NCBI GenBank assembly: GCA_964478865.1
Contig: CAYZJS010000015.1
Location: 1-61,180 of the forward strand
DNA from: an uncultured Thermodesulfatator sp.
GTDB lineage: Bacteria > Desulfobacterota > Dissulfuribacteria > Dissulfuribacterales > QOAL01
Length of the DNA stretch: 61,180 nucleotides
Direction: 5' to 3'
A model generated the notes under the pieces. That model saw nothing but the letters and a program-made list of their open reading frames with translations, did no database searches and was not told the DNA's origin. Shown here in pieces: positions 27,937-37,144 of this stretch. A program made the position numbers and the translations under genes. Positions within the stretch are counted from its first letter, which is position 1; the number at the start of each line of letters is the position of its first letter.

Positions 27937-28695
27937 TTAAGTCTTTTCTTCCTTTAGTCCGTCAATAAATGGCCTGAAAAGGTCAATGGGAATGGGAAAG
28001 AGCGTTGTCGAACTATTCTCGGCAGAGATCTCCCGAAGGGTCTGGAGATATCTCAACTGGAGGGCTGCAGGGACCCTTCCTATGATTTCTGCTGCATCGG
28101 CAAGTTTCTGGGCCGCCTGGTATTCACCTTCCGCGTTTATGATCTTTGATCTCCTTTCCCTTTCCGCCTCCGCCTGTTTTGCCATTGCCCTTTTCATTTC
28201 ATCCGGAAGGTCGATCTCCTTCACCTCCACCTTGCTTACCTTCACGCCCCAGGGTTCGGTATCAAGGTCCAGTATGTTCTGGATCTTGGCATTTATCTGG
28301 TCCCTTTCGGAAAGCAGGGTATCAAGCTCTGCCTGCCCGCATACGCTCCTTAGCGTTGTCTGGGCAAGCTGGGACGTGGCAAAGTAGAAATCCACCACCT
28401 CCACCACTGCTGCTACCGGGTCCAGCACCCTGAAATAAACCACGGCGCTCACCTTTACAGAGACGTTGTCCCTAGTGATTATGTCCTGTGGTGGTACGTC
28501 AAGGGTGACGGTACGAAGATCCACCTTTTTCATCTTATCGATAACTGGAATAAGAATAATAAGGCCCGGCCCCTTGGCCTTGATTATCCGGCCCAGGCGA
28601 AAGATGACCCCCCGTTCGTATTCATTCAGTACACGGATGGAAGCAGCCAGGAAGGCAACCACCAGAAAAACCACGAATGCAAATGATATGGGCAT
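27937..28695 (-). CDS. SPFH/band-7 (stomatin-like) membrane protein
   Basis: 252 aa with an N-terminal TM helix, ..[15 protein letters not shown].. and a coiled-coil AEAERER region. It is paired with an upstream NfeD gene. Confidence 0.9.
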   Translation of the reverse strand: MPISFAFVVFLVVAFLAASIRVLNEYERGVIFRLGRIIKAKGPGLIILIPVIDKMKKVDLRTVTLDVPPQDIITRDNVSVKVSAVVYFRVLDPVAAVVEVVDFYFATSQLAQTTLRSVCGQAELDTLLSERDQINAKIQNILDLDTEPWGVKVSKVEVKEIDLPDEMKRAMAKQAEAERERRSKIINAEGEYQAAQKLADAAEIIGRVPAALQLRYLQTLREISAENSSTTLFPIPIDLFRPFIDGLKEEKT

Positions 28696-28698
28696 GAT

Positions 28699-30042
28699 CT
28701 AGTCCTCCACGGGTTTTATGTTAAGTTTTAATCCTTCTACCGATTCTACCACCACCTGCTGGCCATTTTCGAGCTTGTGGGAAGATCTGGCGTGCCACAG
28801 CTCTCCATGGATGAAAACGAGATACTCCTGGCCTTCAAGGACCTTTTTTACCGTTCCCTTCTGTCCCAGGAGGCCTTCTGCCCCGGTTTTTGGTCTTGAC
28901 AGGGCTGCCCTTGCAGCAAGGAAACAGATGGCAACCAGGAACAGGCAAACAGATATCAGTGTAGGCCACAGGACCGATGTGTCTATGGAAAGGCCCGAGG
29001 TGCCGGGATCAAAGAGCATCATGGAGCCGAGTACCATGGCTATGATTCCGGAAAGGGCCAGGACCCCGTGACTGGTTATAAAGAGTTCGAGGACAAAGAG
29101 AATGAATGCAAGTATCACCAGTAGCACCCCGGTTGTACTTGCAGAAAGGGTCTGCAGGGCATAAAAGGCCAGTATTAGGCTGAGGCTTCCTGCAGCGCCG
29201 GGAAATATGGCGCCTGGATGGGCAAGTTCAAAATAGAGCCCCACCATTCCCACCATCAGAAGAACGTAGGCGATGTTTGGATCGGCAATGATGCCCAGGA
29301 TCTTTTCGCGGAGATTTCTTTCCACCGGAACCAGCCTCGAGGTATAAGGATGGATTTCTACCTTTCTTCCCCCTGTAATTTCGACCTTCCTGCCGCTGAT
29401 CTTTTTTAGAAGCTCTGTCACATCCCCTGCCACGAGATCTATGACGTGAAGCCTGAGTGCCTCAGAGGCGGAAACGGAACTGCTCTTTCTCACCGCCTCT
29501 TCAGCCCACCGGACATTTCTTTTCCTCTTTTCTGCAATGCTTACGGCCATGGCGGCAAGATCGTTTTCGATTTTTGCAGCCATGGTGCTGTTTGCCTCCA
29601 TCTTCCGCCCCAGGGACACAGGATGTGCAGCACCGATGTTTGTGCCAGGTGCCATTGCTGCAACGTGGGCGGAAAGGGTGAGGATGGCCCCTGCAGAAGC
29701 TGCACGGGCACCGGACGGGTAGACGAAAACCACCACGGGGACCCTGGAACTCATGATCCCTTGCACCATCTTTCTCAGGGTGTCCACAAGGCCTCCCGGG
29801 GTGTCAAGGAGTATGACAAGGCAGGATGCATGGGCCTTTTCGGCTGTTTTCAGTGCCCGTTCCACAAGTTCTGCAGAACCCGGATTTATGCTTGTGTCAA
29901 GTTCCAGGGTATATACAGGGCCTTCAAGTTTTTCAGACCTTTCCTGGCTCTCGCAAAGGGCAGGGCTGAGGATCAGGATGTGCAGAAGACACAAAAAGAG
30001 GGCTGCCCCCAGGGCCTTGTCAACTTTTTGCCAGCTTTTCAT
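28699..30042 (-). CDS. NfeD-family membrane-bound ClpP-class serine protease
   Basis: 447 aa with a signal peptide, a ClpP-like domain (..TPGGLVDT..ASAGAIL..), a multi-TM block and a C-terminal OB domain. This is the canonical NfeD-SPFH pair. Confidence 0.85.
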   Translation of the reverse strand: MKSWQKVDKALGAALFLCLLHILILSPALCESQERSEKLEGPVYTLELDTSINPGSAELVERALKTAEKAHASCLVILLDTPGGLVDTLRKMVQGIMSSRVPVVVFVYPSGARAASAGAILTLSAHVAAMAPGTNIGAAHPVSLGRKMEANSTMAAKIENDLAAMAVSIAEKRKRNVRWAEEAVRKSSSVSASEALRLHVIDLVAGDVTELLKKISGRKVEITGGRKVEIHPYTSRLVPVERNLREKILGIIADPNIAYVLLMVGMVGLYFELAHPGAIFPGAAGSLSLILAFYALQTLSASTTGVLLVILAFILFVLELFITSHGVLALSGIIAMVLGSMMLFDPGTSGLSIDTSVLWPTLISVCLFLVAICFLAARAALSRPKTGAEGLLGQKGTVKKVLEGQEYLVFIHGELWHARSSHKLENGQQVVVESVEGLKLNIKPVED

Positions 30043-30790
30043 ATTCCCTCTGGAGCATCTGGAGATCGTTCCATGCCTTTTTCTTGTATTCCTTCTGTTG
30101 CATGCCCCCGAAACGAAGGAGATATGCAGGGTGATAAGTCACCACCACCTCAATACCCTTGTACCGGTGAAATTTTCCCCTCAGTCCTGCAAGGGACTGG
30201 CTTGTACCGAGAAGCGACCGGGCAGCAGTCCCTCCAAGGCACAGTATGATCTTGGGGCCGAGGAGCTCCATCTGTCTTTCAAGGTAGGGCATGCAGGCCT
30301 TTATTTCCTCCCGGGTAGGGGTACGGTTGCCGGGAGGCCTGCATTTGATGACACTCGTGATAAAGACCTCTTTTCTGTCTATGTTGATGGCCCTTAGCAT
30401 CTTTGTCAGTAGTTCGCCGGATCTTCCCACAAAGGGCCTGCCCTTCAGGTCTTCTTCCCTGCCGGGGGCCTCTCCTATGATCATCATCACGGGCCGGGAA
30501 GGGCCTTCCCCGAACACCACCCTGGTTCTTGTCTTGGAAAGGTGGCAGAGCCGGCATTTTTCAACGATGCCCCTGAGCTCGGGAAGGTTTTTGACAGTTG
30601 CAAGATCCGTTGGTTCAGGCCCGGTCCGGGATTTTTCCTTGTGTTTTTGCATCTCCAGTCTTTCCACCAGCCTTAATGTTTCCCCGGGTATGGAGTCGAT
30701 GCCGGCATCCCTTTGGGATCTCAGCCAAAGAAGGAGATCTTCAAGGACCTTTGAGACGTCTTTTCGCATGTTTCCTTCCAAGGTACCCAA
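30020..30790 (-). CDS. Family-4 uracil-DNA glycosylase
   Basis: 256 aa with CRLC..., GEAPGREED, ..CRPPGNR.. and HP..LL motifs. An alternative start at MRKDVSK (30769) would shorten the overlap with the upstream gene. Confidence 0.8.
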   Translation of the reverse strand: MGTLEGNMRKDVSKVLEDLLLWLRSQRDAGIDSIPGETLRLVERLEMQKHKEKSRTGPEPTDLATVKNLPELRGIVEKCRLCHLSKTRTRVVFGEGPSRPVMMIIGEAPGREEDLKGRPFVGRSGELLTKMLRAINIDRKEVFITSVIKCRPPGNRTPTREEIKACMPYLERQMELLGPKIILCLGGTAARSLLGTSQSLAGLRGKFHRYKGIEVVVTYHPAYLLRFGGMQQKEYKKKAWNDLQMLQREYEKLAKS

Positions 30791-31148
30791 GTATGAACAA
30801 TATTATTACAGCCCCGAGAAACGCCCCCACGGTGTCTGCGGCCCAGTCCCTGGGGTCCTGGTATCGTCCCGGGACAAAGCCCTGGTGAAGTTCATCCGTG
30901 ATACCGTACAAAGAGCCTGCCACAGTAGAAAAAACCGTGCATCTGGAAAAACAGGAGCGTTCCGGACGGGACTTGCCGCCTTGGCGATGCAGGCACCACC
31001 ATGCCCAAAGGCCGCCCAGGACGGCATATTCTGCGCCGTGCAGCAGGTAATCCGGTGTTGAAATGCCTTCCAGCTCCTGGCCGGGTATGGAAGATGCGGC
31101 AAAGATTACCGCCATCCATGTTATGACCAGGGCGAGTCGTTTATCCAT
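30741..31148 (-). CDS. VanZ-like membrane protein
   Basis: 135 aa, 4 TM segments, with ..ITDELHQGFVPGR..DPRDWAADTVGAFLG. Confidence 0.55.
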   Translation of the reverse strand: MDKRLALVITWMAVIFAASSIPGQELEGISTPDYLLHGAEYAVLGGLWAWWCLHRQGGKSRPERSCFSRCTVFSTVAGSLYGITDELHQGFVPGRYQDPRDWAADTVGAFLGAVIILFILGYLGRKHAKRRLKGP

Positions 31149-31294
31149 GTTGACCAGTATCTTTTTCGATGAATTCTCTCTAGTGGCTATCCAGAAATCG
31201 TCCTTTTATCCAATGGCGGCCTTGCCCTCAAACAAAATCCCTGATTTTTGGAAGACAGCCTTTATCTGATCGTGACAGTTCATAAATAGCAAAC

Positions 31295-31324
31295 TTGACG
31301 CCAACTTGAGAGTAAACTAAGAAT
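31295..31324 (+). promoter_or_regulatory. Possible sigma70-type promoter for lysS
   Basis: TTGACG (31295-31300), a spacer of about 18 nt, then AAGAAT (31319-31324), about 55 nt upstream of the proposed lysS start. The match is weak. Confidence 0.25.
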
Positions 31325-31377
31325 TGGCATCTGTCAGTATGCATTTTGTTTCGCAATCCACGGGAGGATTACAGATC

Positions 31378-32925
31378 TTGAGTGAAGAAAGCCAGATTAT
31401 AAAGCAGAGAAAACAAAAGGCCCTGGAGCTTGAAAAACAGGGCATAGAGCTTTTTCCGAATGACATAAAAAAGCCCGAAAGGGCCGGGGCCATAAAGAAG
31501 GTTTACGGTGAATACGGCGCAGAGGCCCTGGAAAGCGTTGAAGACACCTTCCGTATTGCAGGCAGGATCATGGCGCTGAGACGTTTTGGAAAGGCGGCCT
31601 TTGCCAGCGTAAAGGACAACTCTGGCTCCATCCAGATCCACGTGTCCAGAGACCGTGTCGGGAAGGATGCCTACAAGGTGTTCAAGAAGTTTGACATCGG
31701 CGACATAGTGGAGGTGGAGGGCAGGCTTTTCAGGACGCGCACGGACGAGCTCACCATCGAGGCCGATCGTATCCGCCTTGTAACAAAGTCCATGCGGCCC
31801 CTTCCTGAAAAGTATCACGGAATAAAGGACAAGGAGCTGAGGTACCGCAGGAGGTACGAGGACCTTGTCATGAACGACGAGGTGCTAGAGACATTCCGTA
31901 CCAGGGCCAGGATAGTCCAGATGCTCCGTTCATACTTCACGTCAAACGGTTTTCTGGAGGTGGAAACCCCCATGATGCAGTCCATAGTCGGGGGCGCAAC
32001 CGCCAGGCCCTTTGTGACCCATCACAATGCCCTTGGGATAGATCTTTTTCTGAGAATTGCCCCTGAACTCTATCTGAAGAGGTTGCTGGTGGGCGGATGC
32101 GAAAGGGTCTTTGAGCTTAACCGCAATTTCAGAAACGAGGGCATCTCTATCCAGCACAACCCCGAGTTTACAATGCTGGAGTTTTACGAGGCCTATGCCA
32201 CTTACGAAGACCTCATGGTAAGGACCGAGGAGCTCTTTGCCCAGATAGCAATGGATGTGAAGGGGGATACCAGGTTTTCATACCAGGGTATGGAGGTGGA
32301 TCTTACCCCGCCCTGGAAAAAGATGACCCTGAAGCAGTCCCTGGTTGAGGTGGGAAACGTCCCGGAAGGGGAACTCGGCGACAGGAAGGCCCTTCAGAAG
32401 CGCCTTTCCGACCTGGGTGTGGAGATGGATGAAAACGAGGTTACGGGGAAATACCTTGCAAAGCTTTTTGATCTCCTGGTGGAGCCAAACCTCGTTCAGC
32501 CCACCTTCATCACCGAGTATCCCACGGATATTTCACCTCTGGCCAGGAGAAATGCCAAAAATCCCGAGGTCACCGACCGCTTCGAGCTTTTCATCACGGG
32601 CAGGGAGATCGCCAACGCCTTTTCCGAGCTGAACGACCCGAGGGACCAGAAAAGGCGGTTTGAGGAACAGGTGGCCAACCGCGGGGATGATGAAGAGATT
32701 CCCCCGGAGGTGGACTACGATTATGTAAGGGCCCTCGAGATAGGTATGCCTCCGGCTGCAGGCGAGGGAATAGGGGTGGACAGGCTGGTGATGCTCCTTA
32801 CCGACTCCCCGTCCATCAGGGACGTGATCCTTTTCCCGCAGCTTAGGCCCGTTTCTTCCTCCACCAGGATCTCTTCAAAGGACGGTAAAGAAGATGGCAG
32901 CAGGGACCGGAAAGGCCAAAAGTGA
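31378..32925 (+). CDS. lysS: Lysine--tRNA ligase (class II)
   Basis: ORF 31324..32925. TTG at 31378, preceded by GGGAGG at 31362-31367, gives MSEESQIIKQRKQK.., a typical LysS N-terminus. Contains an OB anticodon domain, FRNEG and GIGVDRLVMLLT. The tail of about 25 aa (S/K/D/G-rich) overlaps the lolE start. Confidence 0.93.
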   Translation: MSEESQIIKQRKQKALELEKQGIELFPNDIKKPERAGAIKKVYGEYGAEALESVEDTFRIAGRIMALRRFGKAAFASVKDNSGSIQIHVSRDRVGKDAYKVFKKFDIGDIVEVEGRLFRTRTDELTIEADRIRLVTKSMRPLPEKYHGIKDKELRYRRRYEDLVMNDEVLETFRTRARIVQMLRSYFTSNGFLEVETPMMQSIVGGATARPFVTHHNALGIDLFLRIAPELYLKRLLVGGCERVFELNRNFRNEGISIQHNPEFTMLEFYEAYATYEDLMVRTEELFAQIAMDVKGDTRFSYQGMEVDLTPPWKKMTLKQSLVEVGNVPEGELGDRKALQKRLSDLGVEMDENEVTGKYLAKLFDLLVEPNLVQPTFITEYPTDISPLARRNAKNPEVTDRFELFITGREIANAFSELNDPRDQKRRFEEQVANRGDDEEIPPEVDYDYVRALEIGMPPAAGEGIGVDRLVMLLTDSPSIRDVILFPQLRPVSSSTRISSKDGKEDGSRDRKGQK

Positions 32926-34214
32926 AATATGAATTTTTCATGGCCCTTAGATACCTCAGGGCCAGGAAAAGCCACAAGTTCATATCCCTGATATCCGTAA
33001 TTTCCACAGGGGGGGTTGCAGTTGGAGTCATGGCCCTCATCGTGGTAATCGCGGTCATGGCAGGTTTTGAGAACCACCTCCGTACCAAGATCCTTGGAGT
33101 AAATGCCCATCTCCTGGTCAGGAGCTACGAGGGGGCCTTCGACAATGTCCAAAGGCTGGAGGCACTGATAAAAAAGGTCTCCGTGGAGGCCGAAAGCGGC
33201 ATCGGCGGCATACTGGACAGACTGCACGGAGGCTCCGGAAGACCCCATGTCACCGCTGTCACGCCCATTGTGTATATCCAGGCGCTTCTTAGTTCCGGAA
33301 GGGCAGTAAGCGGGGTTGCAATAAGGGGTGTGGACCCGGAGTCCGTAAGGGAGGTCATCACATCCGGCACCATCATCGACGGCAAGGGCATGGAGGCCTT
33401 TTCAGGGTGGGACGGAAAGTTTCCTTCTCCCATAATCATAGGCAAGGAGCTCGCGCTCTCCCTGGGCGTCCAGGCCGGGGATTTCATCAAGATAGTTTTG
33501 CCCAGCGGCACCATCACCCCGGTCGGGATGATGCCAAAGATCAGGACCGTAAGGGTCACCGGGGTTCAGACCCTGGGCATGTATGAATATGACATGTCCC
33601 TTGCGTTCATGCCCATTTCAGCTGCCCAGAAGCTTCTGGGCCTTGGGAAAAAGGTGCATGGTTTTGAAATAAAGGTCTCTGATATCTATGCAGCTGAAAC
33701 TATTGGAAAGGCCATTCAGCAAAGGCTCGGATTCCCTTTCTGGGTGATGGATTGGCAGCAGATGAGCAGGAATCTTTTTTCAGCACTGAAGCTTGAAAAA
33801 TTTGCCATGTTTGTGGTCCTTACCCTCATAGTGCTGGTGGCAGCCTTTAACATTATAAGCACCCTGACCATGATGGTAATGGAAAAAAGGGGGGATATCG
33901 CAATACTGAAGGCCATTGGCGCCACAGATGGGCAGATCCTGAGGATCTTCATGCTAAATGGCCTCATGATAGGGCTTCTCGGCACGTTTCTGGGGGTGGG
34001 CGGCGGCCTGGGGCTTTGTTGGGCACTGAAACACTACAAGTTCATAAAGATTCCCAAGGAGGTCTACTATACGGACAGCATCCCCATATTGCTTTATACC
34101 TCTGATGTAGTCCTGATTACCGTTTCAGCCGTTCTCATCTGTTTCCTTGCAACCATATACCCGGCCCGCCAGGCATCCAGGATAAATCCATCAGAAGTGC
34201 TCAGAAACGCATGA
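32922..34214 (+). CDS. Lipoprotein-releasing system permease (LolC/LolE family, FtsX-like)
   Basis: 430 aa with a GTG start, MALRYLRARK.. N-terminus, a large periplasmic loop and a C-terminal FtsX 3-TM block. Confidence 0.85.
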   Translation: MKYEFFMALRYLRARKSHKFISLISVISTGGVAVGVMALIVVIAVMAGFENHLRTKILGVNAHLLVRSYEGAFDNVQRLEALIKKVSVEAESGIGGILDRLHGGSGRPHVTAVTPIVYIQALLSSGRAVSGVAIRGVDPESVREVITSGTIIDGKGMEAFSGWDGKFPSPIIIGKELALSLGVQAGDFIKIVLPSGTITPVGMMPKIRTVRVTGVQTLGMYEYDMSLAFMPISAAQKLLGLGKKVHGFEIKVSDIYAAETIGKAIQQRLGFPFWVMDWQQMSRNLFSALKLEKFAMFVVLTLIVLVAAFNIISTLTMMVMEKRGDIAILKAIGATDGQILRIFMLNGLMIGLLGTFLGVGGGLGLCWALKHYKFIKIPKEVYYTDSIPILLYTSDVVLITVSAVLICFLATIYPARQASRINPSEVLRNA

Positions 34215-34230
34215 TCCCTGAAGGCCAGAA

Positions 34231-35016
34231 ATGGTGAAAGAAGCCGTCAGGATAAGTCTCGGGAGGCAGCTGAGCCTTTCCGGCACCATTTTACACCTTG
34301 GACTAAGGTGTAACTGGGATGAATACACCCGGGAGGAACAAGCCCTTATCGTCCAGGCCGGAAAGATCTATTTCCCCACAATTTTTTACGCCCACGTCTT
34401 TCATGCCATGGGAAAGGAGATATTTCCGAGTCTAAGTTCATACAACCTCCTTGGAGACAAGATAAGGCAGACCTGTCTTTTCGAAATGCTCCAGATACCG
34501 CACCCCAGGACGAGGTTTTTTTGGGGAAGCAAAAGGGCCGAAAAGATCCTGGCGGAGTTCCGCTTCCCCTTCATTGGAAAGATCCCACGGGCTTCTTCCA
34601 GGGGAAGAGGGGTGTTTTTCATAGATTCCCCATCTGCCCTTAAAGGCTATCTGAAGAGGGTGAATACGGCCTATATCCAGGAATATGTGCCGATAGACCG
34701 GGATATCCGGGTAGTGCTGATAGGAAGGGACATAGTCCTTTCATACTGGAAGATCGGGGCACCGGACGATTTCAGGACAAATGTGGCCAGGGGGAGCAGG
34801 ATAAGCCTGGAAGATGTCCCGGAAGAGGCCTTGGAGCTAGTAAGGGATCTGTCGGCAAGATCAGGGATTGACCATGCCGGATTTGACATCTGCATGACTG
34901 AAAGAGGCCCCTTGGTCTTTGAGGCAAATATCCATTTTGGTACAGAGGGCTTCAAGGAAGCCGGCCTTTCATATAGAGAGGTTATTGCTGATATGGCCGA
35001 TGCCTTCCGCATATAG
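34231..35016 (+). CDS. ATP-grasp domain protein (RimK-like)
   Basis: 261 aa with ..PFIGKIPRASSRGRGVFFI.., ..IQEYVPIDRDIRVVLIG.. and ..FDICMTERGPLVFEANI... Confidence 0.65.
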   Translation: MVKEAVRISLGRQLSLSGTILHLGLRCNWDEYTREEQALIVQAGKIYFPTIFYAHVFHAMGKEIFPSLSSYNLLGDKIRQTCLFEMLQIPHPRTRFFWGSKRAEKILAEFRFPFIGKIPRASSRGRGVFFIDSPSALKGYLKRVNTAYIQEYVPIDRDIRVVLIGRDIVLSYWKIGAPDDFRTNVARGSRISLEDVPEEALELVRDLSARSGIDHAGFDICMTERGPLVFEANIHFGTEGFKEAGLSYREVIADMADAFRI

Positions 35017-35102
35017 CTTTCTTTCGCGTAAAATCGGAAATGCATGCGGATATTCGCCTTGAATGGAACAAATGACTGTGTTAAATAGAGTGTCCCATGG
35101 CT

Positions 35103-35179
35103 CGGGGCGTAGCGCAGCCTGGTAGCGCATCTGCTTTGGGAGCAGAGGGCCGGGGGTTCAAATCCCTCCGCCCCGACCA
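35103..35179 (+). tRNA. tRNA-Pro (anticodon UGG)
   Basis: Hand-folded cloverleaf. Acceptor CGGGGCG/CGCCCCG, D stem GCGC/GCGC, anticodon stem TCTGC/GCAGA with loop TTTGGGA, T arm GGGGG-TTCAAAT-CCCTC. The CCA end is encoded. Confidence 0.9.
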
Positions 35180-35762
35180 ATTTTTCTTCTATCCCAACCG
35201 TTTTTCAAATCTCCCACTTTAGTTTTAGAATCCAGGCAGTCGAACGTTGTTTCCACTGGTTACTGTGCCTGCAAGCCTTTTAGCAGCGAATTTTATTTCC
35301 CCTAACAAAAACTTAAAAATAGGATGTTTTTGGCAGATTTTGGGAGATTTTGCAGGCCGGAAGTCATTGTTGAAAAATCTGGCAGCATAGATAATTTATT
35401 GAAATCTATAAAAGATTCCTTGAGAAAAAAATCCTTGATTCACGCCCACTTATCGGTTTTTCATAAAAAAATTACAGAATATTCAGCAGATAGGAACCTG
35501 TTGAAAAATAAATTCCCGTCATTCCATAATCGCCCTTAATCTTCTTTGACAATTATTTGTCAGGGCAGTAAAAATTCTGACCCAGCAAGCAAGGACAATT
35601 TGATTTGTTTTTTTTTGGGCTTCGGCCATTAATTTTGAAGTTTTCTTTTCCATGTTAAATTTCCCCTGATTTTTAGGTTTTTGCGGAGTTTTTTTCAGGT
35701 CTTTCGGTAAGCTTTTTTAAGTCGTTTAAGCTCGACAAGGGTAACAGCGGGGTTCAAGGATT
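35180..35762. promoter_or_regulatory. AT-rich spacer upstream of dnaA (dnaA promoter region / candidate oriC)
   Basis: 583 bp, visibly AT-rich and without a credible ORF. It contains the tandem 10-bp units CAGATTTTGG/GAGATTTTGC (35334-35353), the inverted copy AAAAATCTG (35373-35381), and two copies of TGTTGAAAAAT (35368.., 35499..). I found no perfect TTATCCACA box. Confidence 0.35.
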
Positions 35763-37091
35763 ATGAGGGAGATTTGGGAGGATCTTAAGAAAAGGTTGCG
35801 TTCCAGGATCTCTGAAGGCAGCTTCAAGATCTGGATTGCACCCCTAAGCTATCAAGGGGTGGAAGATGATACCCTGGTTTTGAGATGTCCCAATCAGTTT
35901 TTCGCTTCCTGGGTCCAGGAGCATTACCTTCCATATATCAAGGAAGACCTCATTGATCTTGGACAGCACCTCAAGATAAGGCTCGTGCCGGTTGAAAAGG
36001 TGAAGGAGGCGGCACGGAACCAGCTGCACCTTCCAAAATTCGCCCCTACGGAGCTTCCCAGGCCCCGGTTTTGCGAGAGATTCACCTTTGAGGAGTTTGT
36101 AATAGGTGAATGCAATCGTTATGCCCATGCTGCCTGTTGGGAGGCTGCCAATGGAGGTGCTGTTTCAGGCAGGACCATCTTTCTCCATGCGAATTCAGGC
36201 CTTGGCAAAAGCCACCTGACCCAGGCAGTTGGCCACAAGATACTGGAAAAACAGCCAGGCGCCAGGCTCTGTTACCTTACAGCCAACGATTTTACCCAGC
36301 AGGTGGTTTCCGCCATCAAGACAAACAGCCTCGATGCGCTGAAGAAGAAATTTTGCAGCCGCTGTGACGTGCTCATGATAGAACAGGTCCATTGTCTTTC
36401 GGGAAGGGAGCGGACACAGACGGAACTGGCCCTTGCCCTGGACCCCCTGATAGACAGGGGGAAGATCATAATCTTTACCGGCAACCAGCTGCCAAGATCC
36501 ATCCCCAATATGAGTGACGTCTTGAGGTCAAGGCTGGCTGGCGGAATCATTACGTCCATAAACCCTCCGGATTTCAAGACAAGAAAACGCATTCTCACCA
36601 GGAAGGCCAGGAGCCAGGGGGTTGAGTTAAGTTCCGATACGGTGGAATACCTGGCAACACATCTCAAGGGAGACATCAGGAGGATCGAGAGCGCAGTCAT
36701 CGGACTTATTACCAAGTCTTCCCTGCTGAAAAGGCCGGTCAACCTGGAACTTGCCAGGGAAATAATCCACGAAATCATAGGCGAGCCCGAACCCCTTACC
36801 GTGGCGAGGATCAGGGATATCATATGCAGTCATTTCAGCCTGGAGACAAGGCAGATTCGTTCAAGATCCAGGAAAAAGGAAATTGCCCTTCCCAGGCAGA
36901 TCGCCATGTATCTTTCCAGGAAGTACACGGACTGTTCCCTTCAGGTCATCGGAAAGGAATTCAACAGGGATCATGCCACAGTGCTGCACTCTGTTAAAAA
37001 GATAGACAAGCAGATAAAGATATCCAGGAAGTTCAGGAGCCAGATCGAATACCTGACCAACCAGATAGAAAAGCAGAAGTGGCGAAGCTGA
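35763..37091 (+). CDS. dnaA: Chromosomal replication initiator protein DnaA
   Basis: 442 aa with Walker A NSGLGKSHL, AAA+ boxes and a C-terminal DNA-binding helix ..DHATVLHSVKKI... Confidence 0.95.
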   Translation: MREIWEDLKKRLRSRISEGSFKIWIAPLSYQGVEDDTLVLRCPNQFFASWVQEHYLPYIKEDLIDLGQHLKIRLVPVEKVKEAARNQLHLPKFAPTELPRPRFCERFTFEEFVIGECNRYAHAACWEAANGGAVSGRTIFLHANSGLGKSHLTQAVGHKILEKQPGARLCYLTANDFTQQVVSAIKTNSLDALKKKFCSRCDVLMIEQVHCLSGRERTQTELALALDPLIDRGKIIIFTGNQLPRSIPNMSDVLRSRLAGGIITSINPPDFKTRKRILTRKARSQGVELSSDTVEYLATHLKGDIRRIESAVIGLITKSSLLKRPVNLELAREIIHEIIGEPEPLTVARIRDIICSHFSLETRQIRSRSRKKEIALPRQIAMYLSRKYTDCSLQVIGKEFNRDHATVLHSVKKIDKQIKISRKFRSQIEYLTNQIEKQKWRS

Positions 37092-37144
37092 GAAAACAGG
37101 CGGAAGTATCCCGCTGCCTTATGCCAGGGAACCAGTAACCCTTC

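Noticed and set aside
35324-35539. 71-aa ORF in the spacer upstream of dnaA
   Set aside because: It lies in an AT-rich non-coding-looking region with no RBS, an atypical composition (K/N/F/I-rich) and no motif.
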